Counted from the stretch's first letter, positions 29,078 to 39,272 are shown. The stretch is 64,000 bases of DNA from Dehalococcoidia bacterium (GCA_965197645.1 OZ240219.1:2592001-2656000); one strand, 5' to 3'. The notes: generated by a model from the sequence alone, not told the origin. Numbers and translations: made by a program.

Positions 29078-30547
29078 ATGGACTGGAAACAACACTACGA
29101 GAGCAACACGGTCACCGCCGACGAAGCGGTGAAGATGGTCAGCCCAGGAGACAACCTGGCGATCAGCGTAGATCCCAAACCCACCGCTCTGATGGATGCC
29201 GTAGTTTCCCACCACGAACGGCTGGATGATCTACGAATATTCGATGTCGCGCCCAGCTATGATCCGGGCTGGCTTCGGCCCGATTTTGAGGGTTCGTTCA
29301 GATACAGTCCCTCCATGTTCCTGGGTAATCTGGCACGACCGGCCTACGACGAGCACCGCATAGACTTTGCTCCCGTGATCTTCACTACGGACCTCCAACC
29401 TTATAGAGAGCCTGGTAGAGGCCCCAGACTTGACGTAACGATGATGGTCTGCTCGCCGCCCGACGACCGGGGGTTCTGCAGCTTTGGGCCGTACCTGTGG
29501 AACAAGCGAAGCTTTGCCAAACACGCCAGGATAGTCCTGGCCCAGATAGATGACTCGTTGATCCGCACCTATGGGGACAACTACATACACGTCTCCGAAA
29601 TCGATCGCTTCGTCGAGCATACGCCTCCGGAGCTGTCTCTCGAAGAATCGAAGGAGATGATCGGTAATGTGGAAGACCCTGAGATTCGATCTGAGCTGGA
29701 GCGGCTGATACCCTTCTTGGATGGAAACTCCAGGCACGAACACCTGCCTCGTTTGACGGGCTGCACCCTCAAACAGGTGCGGGAGTTCGCCAGGTTTACG
29801 GACTCGATAGGACCGAGCGAGGGCGATAAGAAAATTGCCCAATACGTTTCGGAACTGGTCCGGGACGGAGACACTATCCAGATAGGGGTGGGAACACCCA
29901 GCTTCTACCTACCCACTTTGGGGACCTTCGACGACAAGCAGGACCTGGGCTGGCACTCGGAGATGACCGCCCCGGGTATTGTCAGGCTCATCGAAAAGGG
30001 TGTCATTACCAGCGAACGCAAGAACGTAAACCCGGGTGTAGCCGTGTTTACCGCACTGGCAGGATGTGATGCCAAAGAGGTGCCCTTCGCTCACAACAAC
30101 CCCCTGATCGAGCTCCGGGACTCGGAGTACGTGGTCAACATCAACACCGTATCTTCCCACGACAACTACCGCTCCATCAACAATGCCCTCTCCATAGACT
30201 TCTCCGGTCAGATCAACTCGGAGTCCATAGGAAGCCGTCAGTGGACCGGAACAGGCGGCCAGCCGGAGCTTCACATGGGCGCTGTCATATCCAAGGGTGG
30301 CAGAGCCATCACCCTCCTTCGTTCGACGGCCGCCGGAGGCACCGTGTCCCGCATCGTACCCCAGCATCCGGCGGGAACTGCAATCACCGTCCCCCGCACC
30401 TTTGCCGATACGGTGGTAACCGAGTACGGTGTGGCCCAGCTCCTCGGCAAATCGATCCGAGAGAGGACCCGGGAGCTGGTAGCCGTGGCCCACCCTGACT
30501 TCAGAGCTGATCTACAGAAAGCGGCCGATAAGCTTTACTACCCCTAG
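29078..30547 (+). CDS. acetyl-CoA hydrolase / 4-hydroxybutyrate CoA-transferase family protein
   Basis: SPPDDRGFCSFG, DGDTIQIGVG, HSEM, GTGGQ, VVTEYGVA, AHPDFR. Confidence 0.9.
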   Translation: MDWKQHYESNTVTADEAVKMVSPGDNLAISVDPKPTALMDAVVSHHERLDDLRIFDVAPSYDPGWLRPDFEGSFRYSPSMFLGNLARPAYDEHRIDFAPVIFTTDLQPYREPGRGPRLDVTMMVCSPPDDRGFCSFGPYLWNKRSFAKHARIVLAQIDDSLIRTYGDNYIHVSEIDRFVEHTPPELSLEESKEMIGNVEDPEIRSELERLIPFLDGNSRHEHLPRLTGCTLKQVREFARFTDSIGPSEGDKKIAQYVSELVRDGDTIQIGVGTPSFYLPTLGTFDDKQDLGWHSEMTAPGIVRLIEKGVITSERKNVNPGVAVFTALAGCDAKEVPFAHNNPLIELRDSEYVVNINTVSSHDNYRSINNALSIDFSGQINSESIGSRQWTGTGGQPELHMGAVISKGGRAITLLRSTAAGGTVSRIVPQHPAGTAITVPRTFADTVVTEYGVAQLLGKSIRERTRELVAVAHPDFRADLQKAADKLYYP

Positions 30548-30556
30548 GAGGACTGT

Positions 30557-31345
30557 ATGTCGGTAATCGAATACGAGGTGAAAGACAAGATAGCCTACGT
30601 AACCCTGAACAGGCCTAGATCGCTCAACGCCATAAACAATGAGATGTCCCGCATGTGGAACGAGGTCTGGGAGCGATTTCGAGACGATGAAGACGCCTGG
30701 TGCGCCATTCTCACCGGCGCCGGTGACCGGTCCTTCTGCTCCGGCGCCGACCTGAAGGAGATGAGGTCCCACCATGACTCTGGCGCCGATGGAGGCAACC
30801 CCTTCGGAGGCGATGCGAGACCGTATCGCCCCTCGGAGGAGCTGGGTGTGTGGAAGCCGATCATCGCCGCCATCAACGGCTGGGTCATGGGCGGTGGGGT
30901 GGTCTTCGCCATGGACTGCGACATACGTATCGCTTCGGAGAAGGCGGTGTTCGGCCTGCCGGAGGTGGAGCTGGGCATAGTCACCACCTGGTGGGGCACC
31001 GTACGTGCCCGGGCCCACATGTCCTTCGGAAGAGCTCTCGAGTTTCTGATCACCGGTGATCACGTCACCGCTCAACAGGCGGAGCAGTGGGGATTCGTGA
31101 ACCACGTCGTCCCTCACGAGCAGCTGATGCAACGGGCGGAGGAGATGGCCCGCAAGATCAACAGTAACGGCCCCCTGGCGGTCCGGGGCATCAAAGAGGT
31201 CTCCTACCGCAGCCTGTATGACGGCATCCGGGAGGCGGGCCGTCTGGAGGACGTGATCAGCGTCGTCGCCGCTCAGAGCGAGGACGTCCAGGAGGGCGTG
31301 CGCGCCTGGCTGGAGAAACGCCCGCCCCAGTTCAAGGGCAAGTAG
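30557..31345 (+). CDS. enoyl-CoA hydratase/isomerase family protein
   Basis: TLNRP, FCSGADL, KPIIAAING, FGLPEV; the first catalytic Glu position reads GGGVV. Confidence 0.93.
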   Translation: MSVIEYEVKDKIAYVTLNRPRSLNAINNEMSRMWNEVWERFRDDEDAWCAILTGAGDRSFCSGADLKEMRSHHDSGADGGNPFGGDARPYRPSEELGVWKPIIAAINGWVMGGGVVFAMDCDIRIASEKAVFGLPEVELGIVTTWWGTVRARAHMSFGRALEFLITGDHVTAQQAEQWGFVNHVVPHEQLMQRAEEMARKINSNGPLAVRGIKEVSYRSLYDGIREAGRLEDVISVVAAQSEDVQEGVRAWLEKRPPQFKGK

Positions 31346-31356
31346 CATACGACGAT

Positions 31357-32520
31357 ATGAACACGCCCTTCGTCGATGTCGACGGGCACATCCTGGAGCC
31401 CGGCGATCTCTGGTCAAGCCGTATCGACGCCCGATACGTCGACCGGGCCCTGAAGCTGGAACTGGATGAAGACGGCCTGGAGCAATGGAGCGTCGGCGGC
31501 GATACCGTCACCTACTTCTCCAAAGGCACTGCTGCGGACGCGGCCACCATCGGCAAGAGCCAGGAGTGGCGCCTGGAGAACATCTACCAGAATCGCTCCT
31601 TCACCTGGCAGGACGGCTTGGCCATGAACCCCGGAGCCTGTGACCCTTCGCAACGAGTCCGGCTGATGGACAAAGAGGGGATAGACATCAGCATTCTGTA
31701 TCCAAGCCTCGGCCTTACCCTGCCCTCCATCCGGGACCCCCAGCTGGCTTCCGCCCATTGCACCGTATACAACGATTGGATAGTAGAGTTCTGCCAACCC
31801 CATTCCGATAGGCTGGTCCCAGCCCTTTTCTTCCCCTGGGTGAGCGTAGAGGAAACAGTGAAGGAGCTGCAGAGAACGGCCCACGTCGGTCCAAGGGCCA
31901 TCGAGGCGCCGGGAGGCCCGCCGGATAACATCTCTTACGCCCGCACTCATTGGGACCCGATATGGAGCGAGATACAGGAGCAGGACGTTCCTGCCGCTCT
32001 GCACGTCGGCAACGCCGGCACCAACATCGGCTCACTGCTTCACCCGGAGATAACCCTGCCGTCCTGGTGGGACTTCATCATCGGGCCCCTGGACACCGTC
32101 GCCGCCTTCGTCAGCTTTTTCCAAGGCGCCGTCTTCGAACGCTTCCCCGATCTGAAGCTGATTGTCCTCGAATCGGACTGCGCCTGGATGCCGTGGCTCT
32201 TGCACCGGATGGACGAGATGATGGACGTCATCGGGTTCACGACTCCGATGAAAATGCTGCCCGGCGAGTACTTCCAACGCCAGTGTTGGATCTCCATGGA
32301 GCCGGAAGACAAACTGGCGTTGGACGCCGTCCAACACCTGGGCGCCGACAAGCTGGTCTGGGCCTACGACTACCCTCACTCCGACTCGGCCACCAACCCT
32401 GTAGCCAACCTCACGTCCACCCTGAAAGACCTGCCCGAAGAGGACCGGCACAAGATCATCGGTGGCAACGCCATAGAGCTATACAAGCTGGAGCCAGTCC
32501 CAAGAAGACGGACCTCTTAG
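31357..32520 (+). CDS. amidohydrolase_2 family protein
   Basis: DVDGHILEP, LYPS, YNDW, VFERFPDLK, DYPHSD. Confidence 0.9.
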   Translation: MNTPFVDVDGHILEPGDLWSSRIDARYVDRALKLELDEDGLEQWSVGGDTVTYFSKGTAADAATIGKSQEWRLENIYQNRSFTWQDGLAMNPGACDPSQRVRLMDKEGIDISILYPSLGLTLPSIRDPQLASAHCTVYNDWIVEFCQPHSDRLVPALFFPWVSVEETVKELQRTAHVGPRAIEAPGGPPDNISYARTHWDPIWSEIQEQDVPAALHVGNAGTNIGSLLHPEITLPSWWDFIIGPLDTVAAFVSFFQGAVFERFPDLKLIVLESDCAWMPWLLHRMDEMMDVIGFTTPMKMLPGEYFQRQCWISMEPEDKLALDAVQHLGADKLVWAYDYPHSDSATNPVANLTSTLKDLPEEDRHKIIGGNAIELYKLEPVPRRRTS

Positions 32521-32535
32521 TCCCAACCAATTCCT

Positions 32536-32752
32536 GGGAGTCCAGAGGGCTTCCCTCTGGCAGGGGGCTTGGGGGATGTGCCCCTAGATATCAAACGCAC
32601 CAGGGTGGCTGGGAGGGCAAACCCAACCCAGCGGCGTGGGGAGCTGTCGGATGCAATGCGGGGAGTCCAGAGGGTTTCCCTCTGGCAGGGGGCCTGGGGG
32701 ATGTGCCCCCAGATATTAAACGCCCCAGGGTGGGCGGGTGGGAAAACCAACC
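32536..32752 (+). repeat. two direct copies (125-bp period) of palindromic repeat family A between convergent genes
   Basis: GGGAGTCCAGAGGGyTTCCCTCTGGCAGGGGGCyTGGGGGATGTGCCCCyAGATA at 32536 and 32661. Confidence 0.85.
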
Positions 32753-32807
32753 TGGGGTGGGAGTATTCGCTGGTGGCGTAACGGGATGGGAAAGCCGATG
32801 GTAGAGG

Positions 32808-34379
32808 CTAGTTGCGACCGCGACGCAGTGCCCTACCTGCCAGGGTGCCGTTGTGCTCACCCTGGTCCACCACCACCTTGCCGTTGACGATAACGTACTC
32901 AATGCCTACCGGGTACTGCTTGGGGTTATCCCTGGTGGCGGGAGTGCTCACCGTGTCCGGGTTGAAGACCACGATGTCGGCGTACATCCCGTCCCTCAGG
33001 ATCCCCCGGTCCTTCAGGCCCAGCCTCTGGGCTGCGAAGGAGGTCATCTTCCGTATGGCCTCGGGCAAATCGAGGTACTGCTCGTCTCGTACGAACTCGC
33101 CTAATATGACGGGGTAGGCCCCATAAGTGCGAGGGCTGGGGAAATCGCCCAGGAGCAGTGCGTCGGTGCCCACCATCGAAAGGGGGTGCTTGACGAACTT
33201 GTGAAGCGTCAGGGCGTTGGCCCCAGCCGATACAAAGGAGGTCTGCAGATCCTCATCCACCAGCAGGTCGCATATGGCGTCCACGGGGTCCTTTCCCATG
33301 GCCTCGGCCACGGCGGTTACGGACCGGCCCTCGTACTGTTGGTTGTGGGGTTTCTTGAAGTAGGTGAGCCACGTCTGGTCCCATCCCGCCGAGCGCGGAG
33401 CCATTTCCTGGCGGAGCCGCGACCGGGCCTCGGGGGATTTCAACACCTCCATCGTTCTCTCCGGCCCGCCGTCCTGGGCCCACTGGGGAATGACGATGAG
33501 CAGTCGAGTGCTCCCGTAGACGTAGGGGTAGGTATCGAAAGTGACGTCCAGCCCCTCCTCCCGGGATCCCTCGACCATCTCCAGCAACGATGGCGACGGG
33601 CCTCTCACCGGCACCCTGTGGTAGAGATGGGTGAGGTGGCAGGGAATCTCGCCCTCGCGCCCAATCTGTATCGCCTCCTTGTAGGGATCTAGGAACCGGT
33701 CGCCGAGGCTGTATCTGACGTGAGTGTGATAGATTCCGCCCAACCGGGCCGCCTCCCGGCTCAGCTCGATGAGCTCCGCGGTGTCTGCGTAGCTGCCCGG
33801 AGGATAATCGAGACCCGTGGATATGCCGAAGGCGCCCTCCTCCATGCCCTCTCTCAAAAGGGACTTCATGTGCTCCATGTGCTGGCCCGAGGCTTTCTGG
33901 TCCTCCCAGCCCATGGCGCAGATCCGCAGCGGAGAGTTGCCGATGATATAGGCCACGTTCACGGCCACCTTGTTATCGAACATCGAAAGATACTCGGCTA
34001 CCGTGGACCAGCGGCCCGGCAGCTGCGGTGTGCCGTCCAGGCCCGCGTTCAGCTGAACGAACCTGTCGAAGTCGTCCTGGTCGGTGAAAGGGGCGTAGGA
34101 GCAGCCATCGATGCCGATTAGCTCGGTGGTGATGCCCTGTCTGACCTTGGGGTGATGCTCCGGCTCGGTCAGGATGACCAGGCCAGAGTGAGCGTGCATA
34201 TCGATGAAGCCGGGCGATACGATGCAGCCTGTGGCATCGATGGTACGTGCCGGCTCAAGATGGGAAACGTCGCCCCTGAACACCTGGACCCGGTCGCCGT
34301 CCGCCCCCACCGATCCGTAGTACCAGGTGCTCCCGGTACCATCGATGATCTTTCCTCCGGTTATCAGCAGGTCAAGCAT
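32808..34379 (-). CDS. N-acyl-D-amino-acid deacylase (D-aminoacylase)
   Basis: IIDGTG, PGFIDMHAHS, GISTGLDYPPG, YHTHVR, HL, DTYPY, ADIVVFNP. Confidence 0.93.
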   Translation of the reverse strand: MLDLLITGGKIIDGTGSTWYYGSVGADGDRVQVFRGDVSHLEPARTIDATGCIVSPGFIDMHAHSGLVILTEPEHHPKVRQGITTELIGIDGCSYAPFTDQDDFDRFVQLNAGLDGTPQLPGRWSTVAEYLSMFDNKVAVNVAYIIGNSPLRICAMGWEDQKASGQHMEHMKSLLREGMEEGAFGISTGLDYPPGSYADTAELIELSREAARLGGIYHTHVRYSLGDRFLDPYKEAIQIGREGEIPCHLTHLYHRVPVRGPSPSLLEMVEGSREEGLDVTFDTYPYVYGSTRLLIVIPQWAQDGGPERTMEVLKSPEARSRLRQEMAPRSAGWDQTWLTYFKKPHNQQYEGRSVTAVAEAMGKDPVDAICDLLVDEDLQTSFVSAGANALTLHKFVKHPLSMVGTDALLLGDFPSPRTYGAYPVILGEFVRDEQYLDLPEAIRKMTSFAAQRLGLKDRGILRDGMYADIVVFNPDTVSTPATRDNPKQYPVGIEYVIVNGKVVVDQGEHNGTLAGRALRRGRN

Positions 34380-34504
34380 TTCGCGCCTCGCTATCGGGTT
34401 GGGTTCCTGGGCTGGATGAAAGCCACCTCACGTGGGGATGCCAGCCCCGGGTTCTCCCTCCTGAGCTCCTGCGATAGATCTCCCGGTTCTTCGAGGTCTA
34501 GGGC

Positions 34505-34939
34505 TTAGGAATCTGGAATGACGACCAGAGCGTTGCCGGTGACGGCCCTTCGACCCTCGTTGTTTTCGACGTAGAGGTCCACATCGACGCAGTTCTCCCC
34601 GTCCCGCACCTCTTTATCGGTGATCAGCCCCTTGCACTCGATGGCCTCTTCGTGGAGGACGGGGGCCCGAAAGATGACGTCGAGACGCTTCAGGGAGATG
34701 TTGGGCGCCCAATCGGTCACGAGCTGGGAGAGATAGGCCATGCTCATGATTCCCGGAATGATCAGGTCGGGCACTCCTTCCTGTCGGGCCGTCTCTGCAT
34801 CGGTAAACCGGCTGGGCCCATCGATGCCGTAGGCCCGGCAGAAGGCCTTGACCTGCTCCAGGGTGGGCTTCTTTTGCAGGGTGGGGATCTCGTCGCCCAC
34901 GTCGACTTCGTCGTAGTAGATGGGTTTGTCGCTATACAT
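34505..34939 (-). CDS. MaoC family dehydratase (HadB-like hotdog subunit)
   Basis: YYDEVDVGDEIP, IIPGIMSMAYL, FRAPV. Confidence 0.85.
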   Translation of the reverse strand: MYSDKPIYYDEVDVGDEIPTLQKKPTLEQVKAFCRAYGIDGPSRFTDAETARQEGVPDLIIPGIMSMAYLSQLVTDWAPNISLKRLDVIFRAPVLHEEAIECKGLITDKEVRDGENCVDVDLYVENNEGRRAVTGNALVVIPDS

Positions 34940-34961
34940 AACGTTCCAAATAACCGATGTC

Positions 34962-35405
34962 CTAGTCTACCTTCCTTCGTACGTGGGACACGCCGGCGAT
35001 GGACACCAGCTCGCCCTCCTGATTTACAAACCTGTATTCCATGACGATGAACGCCATCGGCCCCGACCGACCGGTCTTCCGGTAGACCTCCTTGACCCGT
35101 GCCGTACATTTGAGGACGTCTCCGGGCCTGATGGGGCCTATTGGCTCCACCCACTGGCCGCCGAGGAAATCCACCCCTTCAAACTTCAGCCCCAGCTCTG
35201 CGGGTTCCAGCCACTCGGTGAAAAGGCCTACGAAAGCGGCAGGCGCCGAGAGGGCGTTGGATGCAGCGTCTACATACCGGGGATTGGTCTCTCCCACCCC
35301 GGATATGAAGTCCTCAAGCAGCTCCCTGGTAACCTCGAACTCGCCGATGGGGTACTCGTGTTCAAAGATATTCCGATTGAACTCCAAGGTCTCCTGCTGG
35401 GCCAC
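34962..35405 (-). CDS. MaoC N-terminal / FAS1-like dehydratase domain protein (HadA-like partner)
   Basis: GVGETNPRY, APAAF, PIRPGDVL, KTGRSGPM, NQEGELV; start uncertain (GTG 35405 chosen; ORF open to 35486). Confidence 0.8.
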   Translation of the reverse strand: MAQQETLEFNRNIFEHEYPIGEFEVTRELLEDFISGVGETNPRYVDAASNALSAPAAFVGLFTEWLEPAELGLKFEGVDFLGGQWVEPIGPIRPGDVLKCTARVKEVYRKTGRSGPMAFIVMEYRFVNQEGELVSIAGVSHVRRKVD

Positions 35406-35551
35406 GTGCTGCTCCCGTGTGTGGACTAGATGTGAGGGCTTGGTTGGTGTGAAGACGGGGACGCTATTTCCCGCTTTCTGCGGCATCGATGATACGCGCG
35501 ATAGCAGTCCTTGTCCAGGGTAACGCGTTCTTTGAGCCGGTCACATGCAGA

Positions 35552-35581
35552 GGGCCGCTGCCAACGTATTGGCAGCGGCCC
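35552..35581 (-). terminator. 13-bp perfect stem-loop downstream of the LLM gene (terminator or stabiliser)
   Basis: GGGCCGCTGCCAA-loop-TTGGCAGCGGCCC; UACG loop on the minus strand; weak U-tract. Confidence 0.6.
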
Positions 35582-35607
35582 ATTTTAGGTCCGTTCGTTA
35601 CCGAGGT

Positions 35608-36843
35608 CTAGCCGGCGGCCACGGCCATCTGCTTCTTCTTCAGGGTCTCGGGCCACCAGTGGTTCTCCCACTCGTCGTCCCAGATGTCCTGAATCTTGGG
35701 CTTGACCTCTTTGGCAAACATCTCGATGTTCTTCTTCGTCAGCTCGTGGGGCATGGAACCGATGTGCAGCAGCACCATCAGGTTTCCCACCCGCAGCCTG
35801 CCTATGGCGTCCTTCAGCTGGTCCACCACGGACTCGGGGCTTCCACCGATGACGTACTGCCTGTCCACGAAGTCTTTGAAGGTCCAGTCTTTCCACTGGC
35901 CCTCCTCGCGGGACGTGCCGCCACCCAGCCTCTTCATGGTCGTGACCATGCTCTTGTAGTCCTGATAGCCCGGGGCAGCGGCGAAGTAGGGGGGCACGTA
36001 CATGCACTTGTCGTAGAAGTACTTGATGTGCTCCATGTACTCCTCCTCGGCCTTGGCGTCCGTCTCCGATACCACCACAAGTTGGAGGAATCCCAAGCGG
36101 TAGGGGTTGGCGTCCAGGCCGTTCTGCTCGACTCGTTCCCAGTACATGTCTGTGATCTTGTTTGCGTAGATGTTCCCGTAGTAGCTCAGGTAGCAGTAGC
36201 AGTACTCGTGCTCAGATACGAAGTCCCAGGTGCTGGCGCTGCCGCCACCGGGCACCCAGACAGGCGGATGAGGCTTCTGTATCGGCTTGGGCCAGGGATT
36301 GACATAGCGCAACTGGGTGTACTTGCCGTTGAAAGCGAAGATATCGTCTCGGGTCCAGGACTGGAGGATGAGGTCGTGGGCCTCCCGGTATCGCTCCCGC
36401 TGTTCGATGGGTGGGATGCCGTAGCCGAAGTTGGCGTCGGAGGAAGTTCCCAGAGGCATGCCGGCAACCAGGCGACCACCGCTGATGCAGTCCAGCATGG
36501 CGTACTCTTCGGACACGCGTATGGGGGGTTGGGTGGTGGGGAGGGTCGCACCCATTTGCACGATGGCGACGTCCTCGGTATCGCGGGCCATAACGGAACC
36601 CATCAGGTTGGGGTTGGGCATGAAGCCGTAGGCGTTCTGATGGTGCTCGTTGACGCAGATGCCGTCCATGCCCATCTTCGCACCGTAGACAAGCTCGTCC
36701 AGGGTCCAGTTGTAGTACTGGCCGACCCTCTCCGCATCGCCCAGCTCGTTCCACGGTGGAGTCACCCACACCGATTCGTATTTGTCTTCGAAGTCCGCAG
36801 GGAGGTCTCGGTAAGGCATCAGGTGGAACATAGATACCTTCAT
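35608..36843 (-). CDS. LLM class flavin-dependent oxidoreductase
   Basis: MFHLMPY, VNEHHQ, PIRVSEEYAMLDCISGGRL, WPKPIQKPHPPVW. Confidence 0.93.
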   Translation of the reverse strand: MKVSMFHLMPYRDLPADFEDKYESVWVTPPWNELGDAERVGQYYNWTLDELVYGAKMGMDGICVNEHHQNAYGFMPNPNLMGSVMARDTEDVAIVQMGATLPTTQPPIRVSEEYAMLDCISGGRLVAGMPLGTSSDANFGYGIPPIEQRERYREAHDLILQSWTRDDIFAFNGKYTQLRYVNPWPKPIQKPHPPVWVPGGGSASTWDFVSEHEYCYCYLSYYGNIYANKITDMYWERVEQNGLDANPYRLGFLQLVVVSETDAKAEEEYMEHIKYFYDKCMYVPPYFAAAPGYQDYKSMVTTMKRLGGGTSREEGQWKDWTFKDFVDRQYVIGGSPESVVDQLKDAIGRLRVGNLMVLLHIGSMPHELTKKNIEMFAKEVKPKIQDIWDDEWENHWWPETLKKKQMAVAAG

Positions 36844-36970
36844 TGGTGCACTCCTTCCTAACGCTCAGTGGTCCGTTCCGCCAAACTGGGATAAAGGGTA
36901 CACCCAAAAACATGGGTAGTCCAGAGCAGCGGAGAGCCGGCCGGGATGGATGTTCGAGAGAAACTCGGGG

Positions 36971-37549
36971 CTAATCCAATATCTTTACGATGTAGCGGGT
37001 TACCAGCCTGTAGCCCATGACGATAGCTGCTCCTCCGACTGCGCCGGTGAGGCCGATAATCGCCAGGCCGATGGTGCCGCCCAGAAAGGCGCCGATGACG
37101 GCGCCCAATACAACTCCCACCACGGCGCCCACGTAGGCCCTACCCAGACTCACGCCGAGCCCCATGAGAAACCCCAACACGATGCCAACCATCCCTCCAC
37201 ACACGAGACCCATGACCGCAATGGCGGCGGCGGTATGAACGGTGGAGTCCGGCCCCTCGAACAGCACGCCCAGGAGAGCCCCCAGCGCCGCGCCGGACAG
37301 CAGGCCCATTACCAGGCCCAGCACCAGGCCGATGGCCAGGCCGAGTAATCCCCTCAGGATGGTCTTTGCCGGGCCCCGACCGGATGAAGGTCGTGTCCAG
37401 AGGAGCCAGGGACTGGTCCCGGATTCGGAACATTCACGCATAGGGCAACAGGCCGTCGTCCTTGGGCGGGAGAGCTTCGCTAATTCTGCCGGATAGGTTA
37501 AAGTTATCATACTTGCGCCGAGGGATGTACTGTCAGCCGTCCCCTCCAT
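36971..37549 (-). CDS. Gly-rich hypothetical membrane protein
   Basis: Several GxxxG-rich hydrophobic helices at about 36980-37360; the true start is probably internal to the ORF. Confidence 0.5.
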   Translation of the reverse strand: MEGTADSTSLGASMITLTYPAELAKLSRPRTTACCPMRECSESGTSPWLLWTRPSSGRGPAKTILRGLLGLAIGLVLGLVMGLLSGAALGALLGVLFEGPDSTVHTAAAIAVMGLVCGGMVGIVLGFLMGLGVSLGRAYVGAVVGVVLGAVIGAFLGGTIGLAIIGLTGAVGGAAIVMGYRLVTRYIVKILD

Positions 37550-37648
37550 CGGTTAGAGTCATCAGGCAATGAACTCTCAAGTACGGCTGTTTTGTCTTGG
37601 CCTGCGTTGTAACCATTAGGACAAGCATCGGACAACAGGTGTCAGCAC

Positions 37649-39247
37649 ATGAAACTTCGTAAGACCAGGATCAGGTGGGTCGTCATCGCTATGGTGGCGG
37701 CCCTCGGTATTGCCGTAGTTGGATGCAGTACCGGACCGGGAGATGACCTCAGTCCCACCTCGACGTTGGAGCCAGCTGCGGCTACTCCTACGCCTACGCC
37801 AACCCCGTCGCCGGCTGCGACCATGGAGCCGGCAGCCGCCGAAACCCCAGCTCCTGTTACAACGTCGGTTTATGACCCGGAAGACTTGATGTACCTACTG
37901 TTGCAGGCGGGTATAGCCGGCGACGCCGCGCCGGCCGGCGCCGTTATTGGCTCCATACTAGAGGCTGGAGATCGGTCGTTCCTCCCCGTGTTTATCGATC
38001 TGCTACGCACGCCCACCAGCCAGGCCTCCTACAACTTCAACGTGAACGTCGTGCTTCCAGCGCTCCGGCAACTGAGCGGCCAGGACTTCGAGTATGACCC
38101 GAAGATATGGGGCGAATGGCTGGGCAGGCGGGATGACGTGACTACGCCTCCCGGATACGTGAGGTGGAAAGGTGTGGCGCTGTCCAGATTTGACCGGCGA
38201 TTTACCGATTTCTTCGCCGACAAGGAAACCAGAGGAAGTTTTCCTGAAAGCAAGGTGAAGCTGGACGTCACCCAGATAAACTGGGGCGGCGTGCTTAAGG
38301 ACGATGGATCAGGACAGAGTATCCCGTCCTTGGTCAACCCGGCCATGACCACCCCCGAAGAGGCTACCTATCTCGTAGAAGAGGACAGGGTCTTTGGAGT
38401 GTCTATCAACGGTGACCACAGGGCCTATCCCCTTCGCATAATGAACTGGCACGAGATGGCCAACGACGTCGTCGGTGGACAGCCCGTAGCCCTGGCCTAC
38501 TGCACCTTGTGTGGAGCGGGCATCCTCTTCGATACGATAGTCGATGACTCCGTTATCATCTTCCGGACCTCGGGACTGCTATACATCAGCAACAAGTTGA
38601 TGTATGACCTGGATACCAACACCCTGTGGAACCAGTTCACCGGCGAACCGGTGCTGGGCGAGCTGGCGGACAGCGGCATCGAGCTGGATGTGCTGCCGAT
38701 AACTTTGACCACCTGGGGCGAATGGCTAGCCGAACATCCCGATTCAGTGGTATTGGACATCAATACCGGCTACTCCCGGGACTACTCCTCCGAGGGGCAG
38801 CCGGGAGCAGCCTACAACGACTACTTCGCAAGGCCGGACACCTACTTCTCGGTGCCGGACACGGACGATCGGATGGAGATGAAGGCCCCGGTGTACGGCC
38901 TGGAGCTATACGGCGAAACCCGAGCCTACCCTATAGAGGCCCTGCAACAGACCCCCGTAGTCAACGATACTGTGGGGGGAGCCGACGTGGTCCTGGTGGC
39001 GGAACAGGGCACCCAGGGCGTGCGGGTCTACGAAAGAGATGGACGGACCTTCAGTCTCGATCTCGCGGATTCAACGGGCAGCACGCTCCTAGATGAAGAG
39101 GGCGTTGCCTGGAACATTTCCGAGGAGGCTCTCATTAACGCCTCCGATCCGGAGATGCAACTGACTAGGATCGGAGGACACGTGGCCTTCTGGTTCGGAT
39201 GGTTCGCCTTCCACCCGGAGACGACGGTTTACGGGGAAACTCCCTAG
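37649..39247 (+). CDS. DUF3179 domain lipoprotein (Cys form)
   Basis: Lipobox VVGC, PT-rich linker, WGGV..D..IPSL, RAYP..WHE..ND, YCTLCG, TSGLLY.SN..MYD..T..LW.Q, FWFGW. Confidence 0.9.
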   Translation: MKLRKTRIRWVVIAMVAALGIAVVGCSTGPGDDLSPTSTLEPAAATPTPTPTPSPAATMEPAAAETPAPVTTSVYDPEDLMYLLLQAGIAGDAAPAGAVIGSILEAGDRSFLPVFIDLLRTPTSQASYNFNVNVVLPALRQLSGQDFEYDPKIWGEWLGRRDDVTTPPGYVRWKGVALSRFDRRFTDFFADKETRGSFPESKVKLDVTQINWGGVLKDDGSGQSIPSLVNPAMTTPEEATYLVEEDRVFGVSINGDHRAYPLRIMNWHEMANDVVGGQPVALAYCTLCGAGILFDTIVDDSVIIFRTSGLLYISNKLMYDLDTNTLWNQFTGEPVLGELADSGIELDVLPITLTTWGEWLAEHPDSVVLDINTGYSRDYSSEGQPGAAYNDYFARPDTYFSVPDTDDRMEMKAPVYGLELYGETRAYPIEALQQTPVVNDTVGGADVVLVAEQGTQGVRVYERDGRTFSLDLADSTGSTLLDEEGVAWNISEEALINASDPEMQLTRIGGHVAFWFGWFAFHPETTVYGETP

Positions 39248-39272
39248 CGAGGCTAGGACTGCCCCAGCGTGG

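Noticed and set aside
32536-32752. CRISPR array
   Set aside because: Only two long GC-rich units with similar, not unique, intervening sequence, and no cas genes.
38490-38520. Possible selenoprotein (the DUF3179 family often carries Sec in its CxxC)
   Set aside because: The codons are TGC and TGT (YCTLC) and the ORF is uninterrupted. I noticed no other in-frame TGA readthrough candidate.
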